A program made the position numbers and the translations under genes. 64,000 bases of DNA from Candidatus Algichlamydia australiensis (GTDB taxonomy: Bacteria; Chlamydiota; Chlamydiia; Chlamydiales; JAJFMI01), in NCBI GenBank assembly GCA_033977065.1, contig JAXCHI010000003.1:653145-717144 (forward strand), written 5' to 3'. Each line of letters starts with the position of its first letter. Position 1 is the stretch's first letter. Below, in pieces: positions 8,146-18,605 of this stretch. A model generated the notes under the pieces. That model saw only the letters and a list, made by a program, of their open reading frames with translations. It was not told the origin of the DNA and made no database searches.

Positions 8146-11100
8146 ATGAAAACATATTTTTTTTCTTTTCTCTGTTTTCTGACACTTCTTGCAAACGAGC
8201 AGGCTCCCCCCTCCATTCTTCCGGCCCTAGAAGGCGAGCCCGCTGCTAACGTAGATTCATGCGTTTCAGCTATCTCTGGTGCCTTTTATGTTGCAGAAAC
8301 AGATATTGTTGTTCCTGGTCGTCAGCCAATTGCGATCCAACGAATTTTAAAAGATGGGGAGTGGAAATTCTTTTTGCATTTGCATCTTTTGGAAAAGTAT
8401 AAAGAGTGCTGCAATAGCAAAGGAAAAGATCGCAAGCGATATGTTTTGCAAGCCTGTGATCCAACAGGGACTCGCATTAAATACTATCCCAAACATCACA
8501 GCATAACAGATGTTTTTTACCCTAGTGAAAGCAGTTTTACAGCTTTTACAAATACTTCCAGAGGTGCTCTTGGCGGACGGACAAACCCACGAAATCGAAA
8601 GGTTACCTTTGATGCAAAGAATAGTATTTATGAACTTCATTTAGGAGATGGAACACGGCGTTATTATGGTTTAGCTCCCAAGCGGAAGAGAGAGAAGCGG
8701 ATTCGAAAAAAAGGGCGAAAATTTGTTCTAATTCGGGAGAGATTAGCGAATGGCAATCAGATCAAGTACTGCTACGATTCAAAAAAGCGTCCCATAGAGA
8801 TCCGCTCGACAAATCCAAGTGGGGATCAAGTCTATGCGTGGGTAAAAATCAAGTACTACGGCACCCACAATCCAAGTTTTTTTGTCAGAACAAGTGACGA
8901 GCACTCTTACCTCTATCACTACAAGCGTGTTGAAAAAACAGAAAATTACTACCTGGATCTTATTTTTAAGGATGGTGAAGAGAGAGAAAGGATCCAATAC
9001 AAGGATCCTGAGAATTTGGTTATAAAAGGGCGCTCATTTGGGGGAGATCGGTTCGTTGGAGCCTCTTTTTATCCGCTAGCAGAAGAGACAGACGTCGATG
9101 GCAAGCGGGTGAAACTTAAGCCAAATGATCCGCGTACGGGTCGGGTAAAAGTGTTGCGCGCCCCTAATTATGGAAGCGGAAAACAGAGGATTGCAAAGAA
9201 GTTTTTCTACCACTTAACAAAAGAAAAAGATGAAGAGAAAAGAATTGATCGTACGGATGTAAAAGATTTTTACGGTAATCGCGTTACCTACCATTACACC
9301 GATAAAATGGTCCTGACGGGCATGGACTATCACGATACAAGATATAAATATCTGCTCTTTGAAAGGTATTTTTTTGAAAAAGGATTCCTAAAGTCAAAAC
9401 TTTACAAAGATGGAAAGTATAAAAATCAACTTGCGCGCGCCTATGTCTACGATGAGCAAGGAAACGTTTTAGAGGATCAGCTTTATGGGAACCTATCAGG
9501 AGAGTGTCAAATTCCTCTTGAGATGGAAAAAAAGATGCCACTTGAGAATGGCATAGAGTGCTTTAAGACTGCATATCAATACAATAAGCAAAATCTCATT
9601 CAAAAAAAGATCGAATCTCATGGACGCGAGATCCTCTATTATTACCTTCCTGATACTGATTTGATTGTAGGGCAGCTTGTTACATTTGAAGGTGAGATCA
9701 AAAGAAGAAAAATTTTTAAATATGATGAAAACCATCTTCTTGTAGAAAGTTATGAAGATGATGGCAGCTCTTTTGAACTTGACTCAGTAGCAGGTGTGAC
9801 GCAGAGATCCATCACTCGGTATCACTATTGGGATGAGGGGGAGGGGCTTCATCTACCGAAAGAGATTGCAACGTGGTATTGGGAAAAAGGAGAAGAAACA
9901 TTTTTAGGCAAGGTTGCATTCGCGTACAACCAGAGCTGTCAGGTAACAAAGAAGGAAACCTATGATGCGGAAGGAAAATTCTGCTTTGCCGAAGAGTTCA
10001 ACTACGATCGTGATGGGAACCAGATATATAGAAAAGATCCTTTAGGTTATGAGATTCGAGCACGGTATGACAAGTATGGGAATAAGATTCGTGAGCGAGA
10101 GGTAGCAACAAATCTTGTAACTAAGTATCGCTATAACGCTCACAATCAATTAGTGGCCAAAGAAGAGGTGGCTCCTGGTACAGGTGAAGTGAAGGGGGAG
10201 TACTTCAAATACAACTGCTCTGGGTATTTGTACGAGAAGCGAGATGAGCTTCGCAACGTGACAAGATTTGCTAATGATTTTTTTGGAAACGTGCGCAAGT
10301 GTACCTACCCAGGAGGAGAGATTACAGAAACAGCGGCATACAATTTTCAAAATAAGCCCATAGAAGAGATCGATGCGAATGGAAACTGTAAAAAAACAGC
10401 GTACAATGCACGTGGAAAACCTATTGCCATCACTCATCCTGACAACACAAGAGAGACATTTACTTATTATCTACATGGGAAAGTAAAAACTTATACCGAT
10501 CGGATGGGGCGCACTACGACAACAACGTATGATTATGATTTGCGACCTCTTGTAGTGGAAACAAGAAGTTTAAACGGGGAACTCTTAAGTAGAGAAGAGT
10601 CTATTTACGATGCGTTTCAACTTCTTTCAAAAACAAACCATGTAGGCCTTACAACTGAATATAGCTATGATGGTGCGGGGCGCAAAATAGAAGAGCGGTT
10701 TATTACTCCCGATGGAGAAATAGTAACAAAAACAGAATATGACTCGAGAAGCCGTCCCTTTAAAACTACCCTTGTAGCAGAGGACTCTGAAGCCCAAGTT
10801 ACTATCAAAAAATACGATGATTTGGGCCGAGTGATTGAGGAGCGAGATGAAGATGCACATGGGAAAGTATTTAAAAAAGCAGCTTATGTTTACGATTCTC
10901 ATGGGAATAAGACACAAGTACTTCAATATATAAATGAGAACAGTGCAAAAGAGTGTTTTCAGTATGACGTTTTTGATCGGTTGATTACGCATACGAATAG
11001 CTTGGGATATGCGACTCACATACAGTATAAAAAAATTGTTCCAAATAAAAGAGATCCAATTACGTTACAAAAAATTACTACCGGAGTCTGTCCAGATACA

Positions 11101-13461
11101 GTTGAGACCTACGATCAGTTTGGAAGAGTTGCTTCGAAGGAAATTTCCAACGAAAACGGAGAACGAATCTTCTACGAAGAGTATTACTATGATGGGAAGG
11201 GGCAACTTGTTGAGCAGTTTAGCCATGTTTGTCCGACAGATATCATAAAAGCAACTCTCTATGTTTACGATGCAGATGGGCAAATTGTGCGACTGGAGGA
11301 GGCGTCTGGTAGTGAAGAACAGAGGGTGACACACTACAGCTACAATCCAGACGGCAATCGCCTCACCCTTCTGAAACCCGATGGGACATCCCTGTATTAC
11401 ACCTATGATGCTTGGGGAAGAGAAAAAAGTATCATCTCAAGTCACAAAGATATTCACTATGAGTTAGAGTACGACCTTTACGGAAATCTGATTGAGGCAA
11501 AAGACTTAGTGCAAGGCACCTCTACTACACGACAAGTAAATGCTTTAGGATTTCTTCTCAGTGAAAAAGGGGCGCACGGTCATACGATTCGCTATGAAAC
11601 AAATACCTTAGGCCAACGCAAGACTTTGCATTTACCGGATCACTCTGCAATCAAATACCGCCACGATGCTTTCCACATGCGGAAAATTTTACGCTACAAT
11701 GCAGCCGGTAAGAAACTTTACACGCACAGATACGATGACTATAACCTTTCGGGAAGCCCCCAAAGTGAAAAACTTATCTGTAACCTAGGTGAAAGCATCC
11801 ATCAGTTTGATCCTTTACGAAGGGAAGTTCAGCGGATATCCCCCTTTCATTACGAGCGCTACGAGCAATTTGACCCAAGCGGAAACTTGCTGGTGAAAAC
11901 ACTTTCACTAGATAAAAGGCAAGCCCTCTACACCTACGATCTCCTTAATCAACTTGTAGAAGAGCAAGGGCCCTGGGAACACACCTACACATGTGATTCG
12001 CATAATAATCGTATTGAAAAAGATGACAGCGACTATGAAACAGATCAGCTTAACCAGCTCCACGCTACCGCTACAGCAGCCTACACCTACGACGCCAACG
12101 GCAATCCAATTTCAAAAAATGGAATTACCTTTGAATATGATAGTTTAGACCGCTTGACTCGAGTTACGACTCCCACAGAAATCTATAATTATACCTACGA
12201 TTATTTTCATAGACGTCTCATCAAAAACACTACCCATTACCTCTTTGATGGGGATAATGAAATAGGATCTATACAAGATGGAGAAATTCAAGAGCTCCGT
12301 ATTTTAGGGTTGGGCCGTGGAGCTGAAATCGGTGCTGCCATTGCTATTGAGTTAGGACAAAATGTTTATCTGCCCCTTCACTCGATCCGAGGGGATCTAA
12401 TCGCTCTTGTCGATCCTAAAACTAAACAAATTGTCACAACCATCAGCTACAGCGCTTTTGGAGAACATCTCCAAAAAGGGGAGGTCAACTCGCCTTGGCT
12501 TTTTCAATCTAAGCGCCTCGATCCTGAAACAGGATTTTTCTATTTTGGACGTCGATTTTACGAACCAGAAACAGGGCGCTTTATCACACCTGATCCCAAG
12601 GGATTTACCGACATTCCCAACCTCTACCACTACGTTCTCAACAATCCACTGATCCTCATGGACCTCTATGGACTCGAAGTCTCTTACGAGTCCATAGAGG
12701 CATACAACGATTTCAGAAACCTTAAATATCAAATCATCCCTTATGTAGATCTTCGGCACCCAGCTCCACTCAATGAATTTGGGGATCCGCTCATTACAAA
12801 AATGGATTGGGAAACGAGCCTACCTGCTTCCCAGAGATCAAATATCTACTCCCTAAATAGACCGGAGTTGCCAGGAGGGGATGACTACACAACATTCAAC
12901 AATGGCATCTTGACAGATCGCAATGGGGCAGAGGGTCACGCAAAGCATATCGCAAATTTTAACGATGATTATAATGTGCGATTTGTACACAATGCTTCAC
13001 AGGGCGGATTAAAGGATGCACGTGAAGCGCGATTAAATTTATATTTAAAGGCAACAGAGCCTGTATATAAGGTAGTAGATATGTGGAGAGGTATATTCAC
13101 AGAAAATCCAAGTGCACAAATTTTGCATTTTACCCACAGTCAAGGAGCGATACACACAACCATGGCACTGATCCTTTCTCCTGCAGAATGGCGAAAGAGA
13201 ATCACTGTTGTAGGAATTGCTCCCGCACTTCCTGTGTCAAAAGACTTGTGTAAAAGAGCAGTAAACTATCGCTCAAGAGATTTTGTTCCTTGGTTAGGTC
13301 AAAAAGGCTTTGGATACAAATTACCATACAAAAAAGGAGTGATGGAAATTTTGAGGCCTCATGCAGACGCTCCCATGCACGATCATAGCTTTCAAAGCCC
13401 AACCTTTAGAAATGTTATAAAGTCGGAGATTGAAAATAGAAATAGGAGGATTTTATCATGA
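8146..13461 (+). CDS. RHS/YD-repeat polymorphic toxin with C-terminal alpha/beta-hydrolase-like domain
   Basis: Many YD/YDxxG repeats; RHS core ETGFFYFGRRFYEPETGRFITPDP...NLYHYVLNNP...DLYGL; tip carries HFTHSQGA. Confidence 0.93.
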   Translation: MKTYFFSFLCFLTLLANEQAPPSILPALEGEPAANVDSCVSAISGAFYVAETDIVVPGRQPIAIQRILKDGEWKFFLHLHLLEKYKECCNSKGKDRKRYVLQACDPTGTRIKYYPKHHSITDVFYPSESSFTAFTNTSRGALGGRTNPRNRKVTFDAKNSIYELHLGDGTRRYYGLAPKRKREKRIRKKGRKFVLIRERLANGNQIKYCYDSKKRPIEIRSTNPSGDQVYAWVKIKYYGTHNPSFFVRTSDEHSYLYHYKRVEKTENYYLDLIFKDGEERERIQYKDPENLVIKGRSFGGDRFVGASFYPLAEETDVDGKRVKLKPNDPRTGRVKVLRAPNYGSGKQRIAKKFFYHLTKEKDEEKRIDRTDVKDFYGNRVTYHYTDKMVLTGMDYHDTRYKYLLFERYFFEKGFLKSKLYKDGKYKNQLARAYVYDEQGNVLEDQLYGNLSGECQIPLEMEKKMPLENGIECFKTAYQYNKQNLIQKKIESHGREILYYYLPDTDLIVGQLVTFEGEIKRRKIFKYDENHLLVESYEDDGSSFELDSVAGVTQRSITRYHYWDEGEGLHLPKEIATWYWEKGEETFLGKVAFAYNQSCQVTKKETYDAEGKFCFAEEFNYDRDGNQIYRKDPLGYEIRARYDKYGNKIREREVATNLVTKYRYNAHNQLVAKEEVAPGTGEVKGEYFKYNCSGYLYEKRDELRNVTRFANDFFGNVRKCTYPGGEITETAAYNFQNKPIEEIDANGNCKKTAYNARGKPIAITHPDNTRETFTYYLHGKVKTYTDRMGRTTTTTYDYDLRPLVVETRSLNGELLSREESIYDAFQLLSKTNHVGLTTEYSYDGAGRKIEERFITPDGEIVTKTEYDSRSRPFKTTLVAEDSEAQVTIKKYDDLGRVIEERDEDAHGKVFKKAAYVYDSHGNKTQVLQYINENSAKECFQYDVFDRLITHTNSLGYATHIQYKKIVPNKRDPITLQKITTGVCPDTVETYDQFGRVASKEISNENGERIFYEEYYYDGKGQLVEQFSHVCPTDIIKATLYVYDADGQIVRLEEASGSEEQRVTHYSYNPDGNRLTLLKPDGTSLYYTYDAWGREKSIISSHKDIHYELEYDLYGNLIEAKDLVQGTSTTRQVNALGFLLSEKGAHGHTIRYETNTLGQRKTLHLPDHSAIKYRHDAFHMRKILRYNAAGKKLYTHRYDDYNLSGSPQSEKLICNLGESIHQFDPLRREVQRISPFHYERYEQFDPSGNLLVKTLSLDKRQALYTYDLLNQLVEEQGPWEHTYTCDSHNNRIEKDDSDYETDQLNQLHATATAAYTYDANGNPISKNGITFEYDSLDRLTRVTTPTEIYNYTYDYFHRRLIKNTTHYLFDGDNEIGSIQDGEIQELRILGLGRGAEIGAAIAIELGQNVYLPLHSIRGDLIALVDPKTKQIVTTISYSAFGEHLQKGEVNSPWLFQSKRLDPETGFFYFGRRFYEPETGRFITPDPKGFTDIPNLYHYVLNNPLILMDLYGLEVSYESIEAYNDFRNLKYQIIPYVDLRHPAPLNEFGDPLITKMDWETSLPASQRSNIYSLNRPELPGGDDYTTFNNGILTDRNGAEGHAKHIANFNDDYNVRFVHNASQGGLKDAREARLNLYLKATEPVYKVVDMWRGIFTENPSAQILHFTHSQGAIHTTMALILSPAEWRKRITVVGIAPALPVSKDLCKRAVNYRSRDFVPWLGQKGFGYKLPYKKGVMEILRPHADAPMHDHSFQSPTFRNVIKSEIENRNRRILS

Positions 13462-13961
13462 AAAAAGTTTTGTTTTTATTACTTTCAATAGTGCTATTCT
13501 CATTTTATAAACCTTCTGTTCATGTCCAAATGGCCAATGAAATAATTGCGACCACTGCTCTCGAAATACAAAAAGAAACCCCCTTATATTTCTTTGGTGA
13601 GGGTGGAATGATGATGGATAACATTAAAGAGATAGAGATGTCTTTCCAAAAAATGGGGGAAATTTCTATTGAGCAAAGTAGAAGCTTAGTCATTCAATGT
13701 GCCAAATTATTATTAAATAATATAAATGAAAACGACCAAATACGTCCGCATTTAATTTCATATCCATTTACTTCCGAAAATATTGCTTTATCGATATTTA
13801 TATATAATAAACGAGGTGGTGATGTAGATTCTAAAAATCTATGTTTAGTGAGTCTCCGGAATGGAAAAATAAGATATTTGCGAGATTCGATACCACGTTT
13901 TGAAGAAGTTCACAGTGAAAGTTATGAAGAGGCCAAAGCAATTTTAGAGGCTTCTAAATAG
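13458..13961 (+). CDS. Putative cognate immunity protein (exported)
   Basis: Overlaps the RHS stop (ATGA); signal-like N-terminus; AT-rich. Confidence 0.65.
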   Translation: MKKVLFLLLSIVLFSFYKPSVHVQMANEIIATTALEIQKETPLYFFGEGGMMMDNIKEIEMSFQKMGEISIEQSRSLVIQCAKLLLNNINENDQIRPHLISYPFTSENIALSIFIYNKRGGDVDSKNLCLVSLRNGKIRYLRDSIPRFEEVHSESYEEAKAILEASK

Positions 13962-13983
13962 AGAGAATTTATTAGAAAAGTTT

Positions 13984-14148
13984 TAGATAGCGTCGTCAAA
14001 AGCATACAACCATCTTATTTTTCATGTTTGGGCTCCATCTTTGTGCTCAAATGAAGCGGAATTTACAAATTCAGCTTCAATTTCCGCACAAAAATAAGCT
14101 GCAAACATGAAAAATAATCTGATTATAGCCTTTTGACGACACTATCTA
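13984..14148 (-). mobile_element. 165-bp palindromic MITE-like element, copy 2 (inverted)
   Basis: Reverse complement of copy 1, with one substitution seen (GGCTCCATC vs GGCTCCATT); TA at both ends. Confidence 0.92.
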
Positions 14149-14221
14149 ATTTTTGTGAAAAGAAATTTGACTCCCTCTTAACCATTGTCAAGAAGGATTT
14201 TCCTTAGTAGAATGAGAGAAC

Positions 14222-14383
14222 AGGGGCATTGAATAACTGCTCTTTCAGGGAAGGGTTCAAAAATTGAGATGAAATTTGTTTTGGAGCACAGAGCTAACTT
14301 GATTAAAGTTAGCGAGTACGAAAAACAAACTTGAGCCAATTTTTGCATCCTTATCAGGAGGTCTGAGTTGTTCAGCGACTCCT
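14222..14383. repeat. Imperfect long hairpin element in the tRNA-Arg leader
   Basis: Ends AGGGGCATTGAATAACT / AGTTGTTCAGCGACTCCT pair; apex GCTAACTT...AAGTTAGC; ends resemble 45947-46045. Confidence 0.7.
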
Positions 14384-14388
14384 TTAGT

Positions 14389-14462
14389 GGATTGGTAGCT
14401 CAGTTGGATAGAGCATCCGCCTTCTAAGCGGACGGTCGCAGGTTCGAGTCCTGCCCAATCCG
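14389..14462 (+). tRNA. tRNA-Arg(UCU)
   Basis: Acceptor GGATTGG/CCAATCC; anticodon arm TCCGC-CTTCTAA-GCGGA; GGTTCGAGTCC T-arm. Confidence 0.97.
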
Positions 14463-14466
14463 TTAC

Positions 14467-14487
14467 GGAGCGACAGGTGTCGCTCCA
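14467..14487 (+). terminator. Hairpin downstream of tRNA-Arg
   Basis: GGAGCGACA-GG-TGTCGCTCC followed by a T-rich tract. Confidence 0.55.
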
Positions 14488-14499
14488 AATTTTTTAGTT

Positions 14500-17097
14500 A
14501 TGTACTTAGGCGAATACGCGTTTGAAAAAAAGTCTTTCCCAAATTTAGTAGATGTTTTTGCTGAGTTTAAGGGGCCGAAATTTGAAAAGCTCAATGAGCA
14601 CATGCGGCGCTGTGCTGTTTCTCGCGCGCTTTGCCACTTGATTGAAGAGCAGGAAGAACCCTGCTTTTTGCTTCCCCATGTCATCGATTTCATTTCAAAG
14701 CTCCACGAGGAAAAAATTATTGGGTATTATACCTTCTCTAGTTTTGAACTCTGGTTGAATCAGTACTCTTCTTTGAGTGACGAAGAGAATTATCATGTGA
14801 GGGCAAAGATTGTAGGTGCGCGAGTACCCCGTGATGCTTATCAAGTTTACTTTCCTATTGGTATGGGCAAGCGCTATGAAGGCTCCCATTTTGTCACGGC
14901 TCATAGCTCTCCCGATTTGGATACGACCGTTGCCTCTTTTTGGGGATGGGTCGATGCGTTTGGTGCAAGGGTTGGAAAGGGTTTGCATATTTGGAATGTT
15001 CCTGGCGGACCACCTGGAAATCAGATTGAAATTGGGATGCTTTTTTACGATTTGCTTGGCAAGGGAATTTTCTCTAACTTAGCCAAGGGTCGCTCGCGTC
15101 TAACGCTTTCAAGCTATGATTTAATGACCCAAGAGGGGCTAATTAAGAAATTGCCACAGGAACCGGCACTCAGTCTTGACCACGAGAGAAATTTAAATGC
15201 GATTGTTTTGATCGATAAAGAGGGCTACTTTTTAGGGGATTGGCGCTATTTTGATGTGGAGGGTGTCCGTCAGGTTGTTACAGCTCTTGAAAATTGCTTG
15301 CGCTGGATCGAAAATGACATGCACTCGCGTATCATTACTTTTTTTGCCAAAAAGGAGTTAAAGAGAGAAGAGGTCCCGCCATTTGCAGAGTCCCTCATGT
15401 ATGAGGAGATCAAGTCTTCTGAGCCGGGCCGCGATTTGACGCTCCGCCAGCAAAAACTCTTGCAGCTCTACTTAGAAAAAGTTCTTCGTGTTGCTAGCGG
15501 TTTCAATTGCACATTCTTAGAGCTTGTTGATGCAATGGAGAGCGCTTCGATCGCAGATTTCTCTAATTTCAAAAGGTATCTCAAGGAGCTAGAGACAAAG
15601 GGCTTTTTTGACTCTTCAGGCGCATTGATTGAAGATCGCCCCAAGCTCTTCTCGCATATTGAAAAAATTATGAGCGCTCTTTCGGATGGGTTTCGCGAGA
15701 TTCGTCTTTATGTTGAGCAATTGGAAATTGCGCTAAAAATTAAATCTAATGTTTTTGGTTACGCTCCGCAATATCTTGGTTACAGGGCAGATATTGAAGA
15801 GGTCAAAACAAAAATGGGCTCCTATCCTTATCTGACGGTAACATACCCAGATCCGTCTGGAAAAAAGATTCCTGTGGGGGTTGTTCACGCATCGAGTTTG
15901 CAAAAGCCAACTTTAGGGACTGTAACACTGCGCGATTTTTCAAACAGAGAAGAGACTAAGGTACCCTCATTTTTAGAGGTGATCAGTGTCATCGACCATC
16001 ACAAGAGCAACTTTTCAACTCAAGTACCTGCCACAATTATTGTAAGCGATGCGCAATCGGCAAATGCACTTGTTGCTCAAGCAAGTTTTACAATTCATGA
16101 TCGTTACTCCTCTTTTGGTTTTGATTCGAAAGCAGTTGATGCGCAAATTAACGAGTTACAGGGCAAAAAAGACCGAGAATCTCTACGCCTTCTGCAAAGG
16201 CTCTTACAACGTCAAGGCGTATCAGAAGAATATTATATCGCTAAAGATCGTCAGTTTATGGAGTATTTGCACTATCTCTTTGCGATTTTAGATGATACTG
16301 ATCTTTTGACAAAACTCTCCTACCGCGATGTCTATACTGTTGCTTCTTTGGTCAATCGTATGAAGTCGATTATCGAGGGCAAAGAGGTCGAGCTCATACA
16401 CTTTGATGATATTCCTCAAGACCAAAAATTTGTGAAAAAGGCTGCAAAGCGTCTTCTGCAGTGTCACGATCTCCACTCTTTATATGCTAAAGTCTACGTG
16501 GCTCGCGAAAATGCTGTAGATGAGGAGATTGAAAAAGCTGCGAAGGGGGAAGAGACGGGCTTTTATCTCGACACTAAGATTCAAAATAATTGCGTACGCG
16601 TGGGGCAGAGTAAACTTTTTCGCAAAAATTTGCCCTGTTTCAGCAAGCATGTTGAAGCCCTTCAAAAGCGCTGGTATGAGGAGAGTTTAGCTGCTTTTGA
16701 GAAAAAAGATGAACTGGATCTACATCTTCATATGATTTCTACGATTGCTTCTGCAGAGGAGCTTGTTAGTGGCAATGAAACAAGGTATGAGCATAAAGAT
16801 GAGCTTTGGATTTTTATACCCAAAACAGATCTTGGTACAGAGCATTTGCGCCTCTTTCTAAGCGCTTTTCAAAATTCTCCCCAGATTGCGCATGCTGAGG
16901 TAGAAGGGGAGTTTGTGGGGGAAAACGCGGAAGAGCTTGCTACAATATTCAAAGAGAGTTTTCGCAATATTCCCATGAAAGTTGCAGAAAAGCCGCAAGG
17001 GCCTCCGATTGCAATTTTGCGTTATCCAGCAGGGACGATCAACTCACGCAAGAGCATGATCACGCCCTACCTTCCTACTCATCACATCGCTAACTAA
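14500..17097 (+). CDS. Large DHH-superfamily protein (family II pyrophosphatase-like motifs)
   Basis: VTAHSSPDLDT (cf. GHxxPDxD), VISVIDHH, AILDDTDLL (cf. ILSDTL); large insertion between motifs. Confidence 0.65.
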   Translation: MYLGEYAFEKKSFPNLVDVFAEFKGPKFEKLNEHMRRCAVSRALCHLIEEQEEPCFLLPHVIDFISKLHEEKIIGYYTFSSFELWLNQYSSLSDEENYHVRAKIVGARVPRDAYQVYFPIGMGKRYEGSHFVTAHSSPDLDTTVASFWGWVDAFGARVGKGLHIWNVPGGPPGNQIEIGMLFYDLLGKGIFSNLAKGRSRLTLSSYDLMTQEGLIKKLPQEPALSLDHERNLNAIVLIDKEGYFLGDWRYFDVEGVRQVVTALENCLRWIENDMHSRIITFFAKKELKREEVPPFAESLMYEEIKSSEPGRDLTLRQQKLLQLYLEKVLRVASGFNCTFLELVDAMESASIADFSNFKRYLKELETKGFFDSSGALIEDRPKLFSHIEKIMSALSDGFREIRLYVEQLEIALKIKSNVFGYAPQYLGYRADIEEVKTKMGSYPYLTVTYPDPSGKKIPVGVVHASSLQKPTLGTVTLRDFSNREETKVPSFLEVISVIDHHKSNFSTQVPATIIVSDAQSANALVAQASFTIHDRYSSFGFDSKAVDAQINELQGKKDRESLRLLQRLLQRQGVSEEYYIAKDRQFMEYLHYLFAILDDTDLLTKLSYRDVYTVASLVNRMKSIIEGKEVELIHFDDIPQDQKFVKKAAKRLLQCHDLHSLYAKVYVARENAVDEEIEKAAKGEETGFYLDTKIQNNCVRVGQSKLFRKNLPCFSKHVEALQKRWYEESLAAFEKKDELDLHLHMISTIASAEELVSGNETRYEHKDELWIFIPKTDLGTEHLRLFLSAFQNSPQIAHAEVEGEFVGENAEELATIFKESFRNIPMKVAEKPQGPPIAILRYPAGTINSRKSMITPYLPTHHIAN

Positions 17098-17374
17098 TTG
17101 TTTCTGTTGAAGCGGCAGCCTCTTCAGATGGAGTCTCTTCTTCTTTTTCAAGAATTTCTAAATTGACTCGTACACCAGCGCGTGAAGCGACAGACATCAG
17201 AAGGGTGCGAATCGCATTGATTGTCTTCCCTTTCTTTCCAATGATTTTTCCAATGTCTGCTTTTTCAACGCTGAGCTCGATGATCTTGGTTTGAGAGCCA
17301 CCAATTTCATTGATTTTGACACTGTCTGGATTGTCGACTAAATTTTTAATGATGTATTCAACAAATTCTTTCAT
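17090..17374 (-). CDS. khpA: KH-domain RNA-binding protein (KhpA-like)
   Basis: MKEFVEYIIKNLVDNPD...DIGKIIGKKGKTINAIRTLL. Confidence 0.9.
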   Translation of the reverse strand: MKEFVEYIIKNLVDNPDSVKINEIGGSQTKIIELSVEKADIGKIIGKKGKTINAIRTLLMSVASRAGVRVNLEILEKEEETPSEEAAASTETIS

Positions 17375-17387
17375 AGCTCGATACCTG

Positions 17388-18296
17388 TTAATCGTAGTAA
17401 GTGTTTATTATACTTGAAGATTTAATTTTAGGGAACTCCGAACTAGCTTCCAGCGAGATTTTTTCTCCTGTAAAGGGGTGGATGAAAGTGAGCCTGTGAG
17501 CGTGCAGCATCATTCTTGGAGCCTCATGCTTGGTATTCATTTTTTCAAATCCGTAGGTGCGATCTCCGAAAACGGGTGTACCAAGGCTCTGCAAATGGAC
17601 GCGAATTTGGTGTGTGCGTCCTGTTTTTGGTTTTAAGCGAACAAGAGAAAAAGGCTCTTCAAATGAGAGGGTCTCAAACTCGGTTATTGCCTCTTTTCCT
17701 TTTTCTGTAATCGCCATCTCTTTACGGCGCAAGTGGTGGCGGCCGATTGGCTTATCAATTACCCCCGCTCCAGGATTGCCCACGCAGATGGCAAGGTACT
17801 CTTTTTGCATCTCTCTTTTTGCAAAAAGCTCGGTCAGTTTCTCATGTGCAATCCTTGTTTTAGCTGCAAGAAGTACTCCTGAAGTATCTTTATCTAAACG
17901 ATGCACGATACCAGGGCGGTGCTCTTCTCCAACTTCAGAAATATTTTTGCAGTGATAGAGCAGAGCATTGACAAAAGTGCCAGTTGGGTGACCTGGTGCA
18001 GGATGCACGACCATCCCAGCTGGTTTATGAACAGCGATGAGGTGCTCATCTTCAAATAAAATGTTAAGAGGGATATTTTCTGGAACAAGCGCTATCTCTT
18101 CGACAGGGGGGAAGCGAACAGCAATTAAATCTCCGATTTGAGGAATGGTGCGCTTTTTTGCGATCTCTCCATTTAAAGTTACCCCACCATTAATAATAAT
18201 TTCTTGAAAATAGGTGCGCGAACGTTCTGGGTAGCGTGAGACGAGAAGTAGGTCAAGTCGCAGAGGTGCTTCAACGGTGAAAGTTTCGCTATCCAT
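17388..18296 (-). CDS. rluD: RluA/RluD-family 23S rRNA pseudouridine synthase
   Basis: S4-like N-terminus; KPAGMVVHPAPGH, GIVHRLDKDTSG, TGRTHQIRVH. Confidence 0.92.
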   Translation of the reverse strand: MDSETFTVEAPLRLDLLLVSRYPERSRTYFQEIIINGGVTLNGEIAKKRTIPQIGDLIAVRFPPVEEIALVPENIPLNILFEDEHLIAVHKPAGMVVHPAPGHPTGTFVNALLYHCKNISEVGEEHRPGIVHRLDKDTSGVLLAAKTRIAHEKLTELFAKREMQKEYLAICVGNPGAGVIDKPIGRHHLRRKEMAITEKGKEAITEFETLSFEEPFSLVRLKPKTGRTHQIRVHLQSLGTPVFGDRTYGFEKMNTKHEAPRMMLHAHRLTFIHPFTGEKISLEASSEFPKIKSSSIINTYYD

Positions 18297-18323
18297 AGAG
18301 AAATAGCATAACAAAATTTCTTA

Positions 18324-18572
18324 TTAACCACCAGACCACATACGGCGCATGCGGCGGTTTTCTCTCTTCCATTGATCATTTTCTTTTTTAATTTCTAGAG
18401 AGATATTTTGCTCTAAGTTCTTCATGAACATCTGCCACTGCTTGGGGGTAAAGGTCATATTACCCCAAACGTGTCCGCTCCCACCAGATGATGGGGGCTT
18501 TTGAAGCTCTGGGTGAGTTGCCTCTGCCTTTTGAGGGCTCGGCTCTGGGGAAGTAGGACCAACAGCAGACAT
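18324..18572 (-). CDS. Small hypothetical protein (CT657-position, T3SS-substrate-like N-terminus)
   Basis: Ser/Pro-rich N-terminus; upstream of rluD as recalled for chlamydial gene order. Confidence 0.6.
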   Translation of the reverse strand: MSAVGPTSPEPSPQKAEATHPELQKPPSSGGSGHVWGNMTFTPKQWQMFMKNLEQNISLEIKKENDQWKRENRRMRRMWSGG

Positions 18573-18605
18573 GCCCCTTTATTTATCAAATAAATAATTT
18601 AATTG

